Source of the DNA: Gemmatimonadales bacterium
GTDB taxonomy: Bacteria > Gemmatimonadota > Gemmatimonadetes > Gemmatimonadales > GWC2-71-9
Assembly (NCBI GenBank): GCA_041577295.1
Contig: JBFGJG010000055.1
Location: forward strand, 1 to 25,637
Reading direction: 5' to 3'
DNA: 25,637 bases
The notes under the pieces are model-generated. The model was not told the origin of the DNA, did not search any database, and saw only the letters and a program-made list of their open reading frames with translations. Of this stretch, positions 1-6,547 are shown piece after piece (the stretch's first letter is position 1; each line of letters starts with the position of its first letter). The position numbers and the translations under genes are program-made.

Positions 1-984
1 ATCCTGCTTCTCGTTCGGTCGAACGCTGGCGACGCTTCGGTCTTTCAGCAGCAGCTCATCGAACTGCGAGCACGGATGGACGCGCTGGTGGAAGCGCAGC
101 GGGCCTTACCCGCCGCCGTCGGTGCTGGAACGTTGGAGCAGTCCCGCGCGATGGCCGACTTGCGGGAGCGCCTCGCCCACCTGACGGAGGCAACCCATCG
201 GCTCGAAGTGCTCGGCCATTCGATCTCCGAGGTGCAAGATCTCCTGAAGGTTCCCAAGCTGCGTGGGACCCTGGGTGAAATTTGGCTCGAGGAGCTGCTT
301 CGCCAAATCTTCCCGGCGAGTCTGTACCACACACAGTATGCCTTCCGTTCCGGTGAGCGCGTGGACGCGGTGCTCCGAATCGGCGCTCGTTTGGTGCCGA
401 TCGATTCGAAGTTTCCCCTCGAGGCCTGTCAGCGAATGGTCGCTGCCACCGCGAACGTCGAACGAGAGCGGAGCCTCTTTCGCCGAACCCTCAAGAATCG
501 GATCGACGAGGTAGCGTCGAAATACATTCGCCCCGAGGAGGGGACCTACGATTTCGCGCTCATGTACGTGCCCGCAGAAAGCGTGTATTACGAAGCAGTG
601 GTGCGGGGTGAAGACACGGAAGATCGGCCCAGTGTGGTGGCATATGCGCTCGACCGCAAAGTCATCCTCGTATCGCCCAACACGTTCTACGCCTATCTCG
701 CGGCTCTGATCCACGGGTTGCGGGGTCTCGAGGTGGATCGGCGTGCCCGTGAGATCATCGACACGCTGTCCGGCCTCCGCCAGCAAGTGATTCAGTTTCA
801 GCGGGTGTTTGACATCATGGGTCGTCACCTCGACAATGCTGGCAAGCAGTACGGGGAGGCGAGCCGTGAGCTCGCTCGAATCCAGGAAGGGTTAGAGGGT
901 CTGATGAGGGTGGGGACGCCCACCACGACATCGGGGCAACACGCTCCGCCGCCCGCAATGGTCACTGAGGAGGGTAGGGAATGA
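1..984 (+). CDS. rmuC: DNA recombination protein RmuC family, 5'-truncated by the window edge
   Basis: Frame is open from base 1 (ILLLVRSNAGDASVFQQQLIELRARM...). RmuC motifs RGTLGEIWLEELL, IDSKFP, DFALMYVPAESVY and SPNT, with coiled-coil-like flanks. Confidence 0.9.
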   Translation: MLLLVRSNAGDASVFQQQLIELRARMDALVEAQRALPAAVGAGTLEQSRAMADLRERLAHLTEATHRLEVLGHSISEVQDLLKVPKLRGTLGEIWLEELLRQIFPASLYHTQYAFRSGERVDAVLRIGARLVPIDSKFPLEACQRMVAATANVERERSLFRRTLKNRIDEVASKYIRPEEGTYDFALMYVPAESVYYEAVVRGEDTEDRPSVVAYALDRKVILVSPNTFYAYLAALIHGLRGLEVDRRAREIIDTLSGLRQQVIQFQRVFDIMGRHLDNAGKQYGEASRELARIQEGLEGLMRVGTPTTTSGQHAPPPAMVTEEGRE

Positions 985-1613
985 GTCTCGTGCTTCAGGT
1001 GGCATTGGTGTTTGCGGGGGTGAGCCTCGTGTTTTTCATGCTCGGGGTCCTGGCGCTCAAGCGGCGTCGGTACCTGCTCGTCGGCATCTCCCTGATGGGG
1101 GCCGTGGTCGCACTGTCGGTGGCGGGGCTTTGCATGACCATCAGCGTGGCCACACGTGGCTACCGAGCGCTCACCCGTGAAGAGGTCGCCGCCGTCGTCG
1201 TCACCACGCCAACCGGCCCCCAACAATTCGACGCGGCGTTCCAGTTTCCCGATGGTCGCACCGCGTCTTTTACGCTTGCGGGAGACGAGTTATACGTCGA
1301 CGCGCACATTTTGAAGTGGAAACCCATCGCCAACATTCTCGGTCTTCACACCGCCTATGAGTTGGACCGAGTGGCGGGACGGTACACGGCGCTGCAGGAC
1401 GAGCAAACCCTTCCCCGATCGGTGTATTCGCTGGCACAGGAGAAACCGGTTGACATGTTCGATCTCCGGCGCCGACTGCTCCTGTTTCGGCCCCTGGTCG
1501 ACGCCGAATACGGATCGGCAACGTTCATCCTCGTCAACCGGCCGACGAGCTGGGAGGTGCGCGTGAGCACCAGTGGGCTGCTCGTAAGAGAGGCGGTGAG
1601 CAGTGAGCAGTGA
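981..1613 (+). CDS. Hypothetical membrane-anchored protein (two N-terminal TM helices plus a soluble domain)
   Basis: ATGA overlap with the rmuC stop, GGAGGG upstream, two hydrophobic N-terminal segments, and conserved-looking segments VDAHILKWK, ELDRVAGRY and VDAEYGSA. Confidence 0.8.
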   Translation: MSLVLQVALVFAGVSLVFFMLGVLALKRRRYLLVGISLMGAVVALSVAGLCMTISVATRGYRALTREEVAAVVVTTPTGPQQFDAAFQFPDGRTASFTLAGDELYVDAHILKWKPIANILGLHTAYELDRVAGRYTALQDEQTLPRSVYSLAQEKPVDMFDLRRRLLLFRPLVDAEYGSATFILVNRPTSWEVRVSTSGLLVREAVSSEQ

Positions 1614-1680
1614 ACAGGGACTCTCACCACTACTCACTACTCACCGCTCACTCCTCAACACTGACTACTCAACACTCACA
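1595..1680. repeat. Short tandem heptamer repeats in inverted arrangement (GAGCAGT / ACTACTC) forming an 18-bp hairpin
   Basis: GGTGAGCAGTGAGCAGTG (1595-1612) versus CACTACTCACTACTCACC (1628-1645). The two mismatches become G-U wobbles in minus-strand RNA. Degenerate copies continue to about 1680. Confidence 0.8.
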
Positions 1681-1722
1681 GCCGGGCGGTGGAATGGGGG
1701 TGGGGACGTACCGCGTCGGTGC

Positions 1723-1787
1723 GAGGGATGGGCGACCGGCACAGGATGCAGGATCACATTTGCGCGAGACCGGTACGCCCTTCCCTC
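1723..1787. other. Long GC-rich stem-loop downstream of the Cys-rich peptide gene
   Basis: GAGGGATGGGCGACCGG (1723-1739) pairs with CCGGTACGCCCTTCCCTC (1770-1787): 16 bp with one mismatch and one bulge. Confidence 0.65.
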
Positions 1788-1802
1788 CCTGAACGGACCC
1801 CC

Positions 1803-1862
1803 TCAGCAACAAGGACATGCGCCTGGCGGGCAGTCCGGGCAACACTGCGTTGCGAACAGCAT
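1803..1862 (-). CDS. 19-aa cysteine-rich peptide MLFATQCCPDCPPGACPCC (putative micro-metallothionein or metalloid-binding peptide)
   Basis: Minus strand reads GAGAGAGGAGGATGCC ATG CTG TTC GCA ACG CAG TGT TGC CCG GAC TGC CCG CCA GGC GCA TGT CCT TGT TGC TGA. Perfect AGGAGG 5 nt before ATG, 6 of 19 residues are Cys, operator-like palindrome upstream. Too short for the supplied ORF track. Confidence 0.75.
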   Translation of the reverse strand: MLFATQCCPDCPPGACPCC

Positions 1863-1883
1863 GGCATCCTCCTCTCTCGGTCA

Positions 1884-1900
1884 AGTTGTGCCTAACAACT
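1884..1900. promoter_or_regulatory. Putative MarR operator, copy 2 (AGTTG-N7-CAACT)
   Basis: AGTTG TGCCTAA CAACT lies just upstream of the peptide RBS and has the same half-sites and spacing as the palindrome upstream of marR. Confidence 0.7.
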
Positions 1901-1924
1901 AACAGATCAAAAAAAATATCTCGC

Positions 1925-2434
1925 CTAGCGTGGGTCGACGCGACAACAGCTGCCGCCCTCAGTGGTCACCCGTGCCGCAGCAGCTCGCGCGAGCCGGTCG
2001 ATGAGGTGTGTCAGGGACTCGCGTACCTCGGGCGCGAAGTCGCCAAGCAGCGTCTTACAGTCCTGCAACAGATCGCTGCGGATGTCCTGACAGACAGCCT
2101 CACCCTCTGCCGTTGCCTCGAGAAGGAGCGCGCGACGGTCAACTGGATGTCGCCCGCGCCTGACCCAGCCTTTCCGCTCCAGACCGTCTACCACCCGGCT
2201 TGCCGTGCTCTTGTCCACATAGAGGACACCGGCGAGCTCGTTGAGAGGCATCGGACCGCGCGATACCAGCGCGTCCAGGGCGTGACACTGGGTCACCGAG
2301 ATATCCCGATTGCAGAGGCAGTCTCTGTCTCGAAACTGGAGCACCCGGGTCAGCTCTGTCAGGGCATCCCGGAGCGAGCGTGCCGCCGCGTCGAGTTCGG
2401 AGCCTGACTCTGCTGCGGATGTGCTGACGGGCAC
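1925..2434 (-). CDS. MarR-family transcriptional regulator, cysteine-rich
   Basis: Winged-HTH segment LNELAGVLYVDKSTASRVVDGLERKGWVRR...DRR. GTG start with AGGAGG upstream. Seven Cys, including DCLC-x8-C and C-terminal GSCC. Confidence 0.92.
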   Translation of the reverse strand: MPVSTSAAESGSELDAAARSLRDALTELTRVLQFRDRDCLCNRDISVTQCHALDALVSRGPMPLNELAGVLYVDKSTASRVVDGLERKGWVRRGRHPVDRRALLLEATAEGEAVCQDIRSDLLQDCKTLLGDFAPEVRESLTHLIDRLARAAAARVTTEGGSCCRVDPR

Positions 2435-2448
2435 GAGCCCTCCTGCGT

Positions 2449-2491
2449 TAGTTGGCTACGACAACTATAATCGTACCGCGGATTCTGTCAA
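2449..2491 (-). promoter_or_regulatory. sigma70-type promoter of marR overlapped by putative operator, copy 1
   Basis: Minus strand TTGACA (2491-2486), N16, TATAGT (2469-2464). The palindrome TAGTTG-GCTACGA-CAACTA (2449-2467) overlaps the -10/+1 region. Confidence 0.75.
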
Positions 2492-2625
2492 GAGGCCCCA
2501 GAATCGATGCTCTGCCAGCCAGCTGACACCCTGTTCGATGAAAACCCGGGTGGTTATCACCCAAGCGCCCTGCGGCGTGGAAGTTGCAACTGCAGACTAT
2601 GAAGGATTCTTCGCGTTGGCGGGCA

Positions 2626-2654
2626 TGGACACTTGATCTTCCGTGCGCTAGCAT
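2626..2654 (+). promoter_or_regulatory. Possible sigma70-type promoter of gdhA
   Basis: TGGACA-N17-TAGCAT ending 26 nt before the ATG at 2681. Confidence 0.4.
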
Positions 2655-2680
2655 TCTCGCCTGATATAGGTACTGAGCCC

Positions 2681-4093
2681 ATGTCTAAATCATCCGCATC
2701 ACCCCAAGAGGTCGAGCCGCCTGGCCCAACCGGTGTCTCGACCCCGCCGCTGCGAGCGGTTACCGAGGACCTCAACCCCTATCACATAGCACAGCAGCAG
2801 TTCGATCGTGCTGCGCGCTACATCCCGGGTCTCGAGAACGGGCTCGCTGACTTTCTCAAGCGCCCTGGTCGCACGATCACGGTGGAGTTCCCCATCGAGA
2901 CCAGCGATGGGTCGGTGCGGATGTTCGTCGGTTATCGCGTTCTGCACAGCACCATTCGGGGTCCCGGCAAGGGTGGTATCCGCTATCACCCAGATGTGAC
3001 CGAAGACGAGGTGCGCGCGCTCGCTTCGTGGATGACCTGGAAGTGCGCGCTGGTGGATGTGCCGTTTGGTGGGGCGAAGGGCGGCGTCGTGTGCAACCCG
3101 AAAGCGCTCACGACAAGTGACATCCGGAAGATCACCCGTCGCTTCATCGCGGCGTTGGGCGACACGATCGGCCCGCATACCGACATCCCGGCGCCGGATG
3201 TCAATACGGACTCCGGCACCATGGCCTACATCTACGACACGTATCAAATGATGCACCCCGGAGACAACAGTCTCCCGGTCGTGACGGGAAAGCCGCTCGA
3301 TCTCGGAGGCTCGTTGGGTCGGCGGGAGGCCACCGCGCGTGGGTGTCTTTTCGCGACGCAGCGTGCGCTCGCCATCGGTCTCGTGCCCGGGCTCGATTCG
3401 GTGAACGGGGCTCGCGTGGTCATCCAGGGATACGGCAATGCTGGATCCATTGCGGCGGAGTTGTTTGCCCAGGCCGGTGCCAAGATCATCGCGGTGAGCG
3501 ACTCGCAGGGGGCGATTTACCGCGAGGATGGGTTGGACCCCGCGGCGGTGTTCAAGCACAAGCGCCGGACGAAATCCGTTGCAGGATTCCCGGGTACGCA
3601 GGCGATGTCCAACGAGGACGTCTTATACCTCGACTGTGACATCCTCATTCCGGCGGCACTGGAGAACCAGATTCGGGCGGACAACGCCGACCGCATCCGC
3701 GCGCGGTTCGTGGCCGAGGCGGCGAACGGACCGACGACGCCCGCGGCCGATCGTATCCTGTTTTCACGGGGCATCCCCGTTTTGCCGGACATTCTGGCTA
3801 ATGCGGGTGGTGTGACGGTCAGCTATTTCGAGTGGGTGCAGAACATCAATAACGAGCAGTGGGACGAGAACGAGGTCAATGAGAAGCTCCGTCGCAAGAT
3901 GGAGCGCGCGACCGACGCGGTCGTCGAGACGCAGCGCGAGGTGAACGAACACCTCAGTGAGCTCGAAGCCGAGCGCCTGGAGCGCGGTGTGCTGGGTGAG
4001 CCCATCGAGCCCGTCGATCTCAGGGGGGCTGCGTTCATCGTGGCCGTCAAGCGGGTAGCGCGGGTAACGCTGGAGCGGGGGATTTGGCCGTAA
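2681..4093 (+). CDS. gdhA: Glu/Leu/Phe/Val dehydrogenase, probably glutamate dehydrogenase
   Basis: Motifs GPGKGGIRYHP, MTWKCA, PFGGAKGG, DIPAPD, VTGKP, IQGYGNAG, EAANGP and NAGGVTVSYFEW. ATG 2681 preferred over TTG 2633. Confidence 0.93.
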   Translation: MSKSSASPQEVEPPGPTGVSTPPLRAVTEDLNPYHIAQQQFDRAARYIPGLENGLADFLKRPGRTITVEFPIETSDGSVRMFVGYRVLHSTIRGPGKGGIRYHPDVTEDEVRALASWMTWKCALVDVPFGGAKGGVVCNPKALTTSDIRKITRRFIAALGDTIGPHTDIPAPDVNTDSGTMAYIYDTYQMMHPGDNSLPVVTGKPLDLGGSLGRREATARGCLFATQRALAIGLVPGLDSVNGARVVIQGYGNAGSIAAELFAQAGAKIIAVSDSQGAIYREDGLDPAAVFKHKRRTKSVAGFPGTQAMSNEDVLYLDCDILIPAALENQIRADNADRIRARFVAEAANGPTTPAADRILFSRGIPVLPDILANAGGVTVSYFEWVQNINNEQWDENEVNEKLRRKMERATDAVVETQREVNEHLSELEAERLERGVLGEPIEPVDLRGAAFIVAVKRVARVTLERGIWP

Positions 4094-4129
4094 GGAAGAG
4101 GGGGATAGAAGGGATACAGGGGACTCCTC
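4094..4129. repeat. Degenerate 9-nt tandem repeat between convergent genes
   Basis: GGAAGAGGG GGATAGAAG GGATACAGG GGACTCCTC. Confidence 0.45.
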
Positions 4130-4130
4130 C

Positions 4131-5150
4131 TCACTCGCCGTAGTACCTATTCATCTCTCCATAGAGGCGTTTCGCTTTGGCGCGGGCGGTGGTGTCACCG
4201 AAGATCTTTTCGCCGTCGAAGCGGCCGTTCTCGATGAACACGTTGGAGATGTCTCTGCCGCGCGTGATGCTTCCGGCCATGAAGATGCCCGGCAGATTGG
4301 TCTCCAGGGTTTCCGCATTCAGACAGGGGCGGTCTTGGGCGTCGAGTTCGATCCCAATCCGCCGAAACAGCGCGAAGTCGGGATGGAATCCGGTCAACGC
4401 GTACACCCGATCGGCCGTGACACATCGCTCGCTGTTGTCCGCCGACCGGATCCGGACGTGGCGGGGGTCGATCTCGAGCACTTGGGCGCCGAGGTAGGAC
4501 CGAATCTCTCCCGCTTTGATCCGGTTCTCGATGTCCGGTTTGAGCCAGTACTTCACGCTTTTGGAAAACTCGGTCTTGCGATACACCAGCGTGACGTTGG
4601 CGCCGGCGCGAAACAAATCGAGGGCGGCTTCGACGGCGGAGTTCTTGCCACCGATCACGACCACGTTGAGTCCGTAATCGCTGTGCGCCTCGTGAAAGTA
4701 GTGGCTGACGTGGGGTAAATCTTCACCAGGAACGCCGAGCGGGTTTGGGTGATCGAAGTATCCGGTTGCCAACACGAGACGCCCACACCCAATGGTTTCC
4801 CGTCCGTGTCGCGTCTCCACCTCGCATCTCAACCCGTCGTGGTTCCGCGTGACATCAACCAGCTTTGTATAGGTGTGCGACCGAATTCCCTCGGTCCTCA
4901 TCACGCCACGGTAGTACTTGAGCGCCTCTTCTCGAGTTGGCTTTGGGCCGGCGCACACCAGCGGGTGTCCCCCGATCTCGAGTCGCTCCGGGGTCGTGAA
5001 GAAGACCATGCCGGTGGGGTAGTGCACGATCGAGTTGCACACCGCTCCGGCATCGATCACGAGCGGATCGATGCCACGGCGCTTGGCGGAGATGGCGCAC
5101 GCCAAGCCGATCGGGCCGGCTCCCGCAATCAGCACGGGTTCACTTGTCAT
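4131..5150 (-). CDS. ypdA: YpdA-family FAD/NADPH oxidoreductase (putative bacillithiol disulfide reductase)
   Basis: GAGPIG FAD motif, YPTGMVFFTT..LEIG, PTREEALKYY, ATGYFD, GGKNSA, VKYWLKPDIENRI and FIENGRF. No TrxR-type CxxC. Confidence 0.88.
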   Translation of the reverse strand: MTSEPVLIAGAGPIGLACAISAKRRGIDPLVIDAGAVCNSIVHYPTGMVFFTTPERLEIGGHPLVCAGPKPTREEALKYYRGVMRTEGIRSHTYTKLVDVTRNHDGLRCEVETRHGRETIGCGRLVLATGYFDHPNPLGVPGEDLPHVSHYFHEAHSDYGLNVVVIGGKNSAVEAALDLFRAGANVTLVYRKTEFSKSVKYWLKPDIENRIKAGEIRSYLGAQVLEIDPRHVRIRSADNSERCVTADRVYALTGFHPDFALFRRIGIELDAQDRPCLNAETLETNLPGIFMAGSITRGRDISNVFIENGRFDGEKIFGDTTARAKAKRLYGEMNRYYGE

Positions 5151-5167
5151 TGGGGGGAATGTAATTA

Positions 5168-5199
5168 GAGGGCCCGAGCGCTCACGCGCCCGGGCCCTC
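5168..5199 (-). terminator. Probable terminator hairpin after aceA
   Basis: Minus strand GAGGGCCCGGGCGC-GTGA-GCGCTCGGGCCCTC: 14-bp stem with one G-U and a GNRA loop, followed by AT-rich TAATTAC. Confidence 0.7.
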
Positions 5200-5213
5200 G
5201 GGATGACGCGTGC

Positions 5214-6527
5214 TCAGCTCGCCTGCTTCAGCTTCTTGACCTTGGCGGTGTTGTCGAACTGCTCTTCTTCGGTCGATCCGGTCATCGCCAAGGTGGACGA
5301 GTTTCCACCCGTCACGACCTGTGTAATGGCGTCGAAGTACCGCGCGCCCACGAACTGCTGATGGCGGACGGCCTCGTATCCGTGCTGCTCTGAGGCAAAC
5401 TCACGCTCCTGAAGCTCCGAGTAGGCGGCCATGCCACGCTTCCGGTAGTCGGAGGCGAGGGAATACATCGCATGGTTCATCGAGTGGAATGCCGAGAGGG
5501 TAACGAACTGGAACTTATAGCCCAGCTCGCCGAGCTCGTGCTGGAATCCCGCGATCTCGGTATCACTCAAGTGCATCTTCCAGTTGAATGACGGCGAACA
5601 GTTGTACGCGAGCAGCTTGCCTGGGTACTTGGCATGAATGGCTGCGGCGAATTGTCTTGCTTCCCCGATGTCCGGGGTCGAGGTTTCAAACCACAGGAGG
5701 TCCGCATATGGGGCGTACGCGAGCCCCCGTGCGATCGCGGCCTCGATACCACTGCGCACCCGCATGAATCCCTCTGGGGTCCGCTCGCCGACAGTAAACG
5801 GCCGATCGTATGGATCGACATCGTTTGCCAGAAGCGTCGCGCTCAGCGCGTCGGTGCGGGCAATGAGGATCGTGTCGACGCCGCTGATGTCGGCAGCGAA
5901 CCGTGCCGCGACGAGCTTGTTGATGAACTCGCTGGTGGGCACGAGCACTTTCCCACCCAGGTGTCCGCACTTCTTGAGAGACGCGAGCTGGTCTTCGAAG
6001 TGGACGCCGGCCGCCCCTTGGCGGATCATGTTCTTCATCAGCTCGTACGCGTTGAGTACCCCGCCAAAACCCGCCTCGGCGTCGGCGACGATCGGGACCA
6101 CCCAGTCCACGCTGTCATCGCCGCTCATGTGGTGGATTTGGTCGGCTCGCAGCAGGGCATTGTTCAGCCGCCCCACCAGGTTGGGCGCGCTGTCAGCCGG
6201 GTAGAGACTCTGGTCGGGGTACACCTCGCCGGCGTCGTTCATGTCGCCGGCCACCTGCCACCCGCTCAGGTAGATGGCCTTGAGGCCTGCCTTCACTTCC
6301 TGCACGGCTTGTCCACCGGTCATGGCGCTGAGCACCGCAACGTGGTGTTCCGAGTGGAGCAGATCCCATAACCGCGCGGCACCCCGTCTCGCGAGCGTGT
6401 GCTCGAGCCGCACGGTTCCCGCAAGTCGGCAAACATCCTCTGCGGTATACGGACGTCGAATACCTCGCCAGCGGGGATCTTGCTGCCAGCGGTGTTCGAG
6501 CGCGCGAATGAGATTGGTCTGATGCAT
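5214..6527 (-). CDS. aceA: Isocitrate lyase
   Basis: [29 protein letters not shown], catalytic KKCGH and [11 protein letters not shown]. Start set at MHQTN (6527) to avoid overlap with aceB. Confidence 0.97.
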   Translation of the reverse strand: MHQTNLIRALEHRWQQDPRWRGIRRPYTAEDVCRLAGTVRLEHTLARRGAARLWDLLHSEHHVAVLSAMTGGQAVQEVKAGLKAIYLSGWQVAGDMNDAGEVYPDQSLYPADSAPNLVGRLNNALLRADQIHHMSGDDSVDWVVPIVADAEAGFGGVLNAYELMKNMIRQGAAGVHFEDQLASLKKCGHLGGKVLVPTSEFINKLVAARFAADISGVDTILIARTDALSATLLANDVDPYDRPFTVGERTPEGFMRVRSGIEAAIARGLAYAPYADLLWFETSTPDIGEARQFAAAIHAKYPGKLLAYNCSPSFNWKMHLSDTEIAGFQHELGELGYKFQFVTLSAFHSMNHAMYSLASDYRKRGMAAYSELQEREFASEQHGYEAVRHQQFVGARYFDAITQVVTGGNSSTLAMTGSTEEEQFDNTAKVKKLKQAS

Positions 6528-6547
6528 GGTGGTCTCGTCGATCGGTA

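Noticed and set aside
1595..1680. CRISPR-like array
   Set aside because: Units are 7 nt, tandem and without unique spacers, and there are no cas genes in the window.
1723..1805. Selenocysteine read-through of the peptide TGA, suggested by the stem-loop just downstream
   Set aside because: The stem is long with a 30-nt loop, unlike a compact bacterial SECIS, and the read-through sequence (GGPFREGRAYRSR...) has no recognisable features. Not formally excluded without a SECIS search.
1669..1902. Track ORFs 1669..1884 (-), 1603..1902 (+), 1610..1792 (+) and 1689..1895 (+)
   Set aside because: No convincing RBS or protein features, and they run through repeats and hairpins. The strong SD at 1868-1873 is positioned for the 19-aa ORF instead.
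1909..1916. A8 tract as a phase-variation site or intrinsic terminator of marR
   Set aside because: It is intergenic and short, and only a 3-bp stem precedes it on the minus strand. It is more plausibly part of a promoter region.
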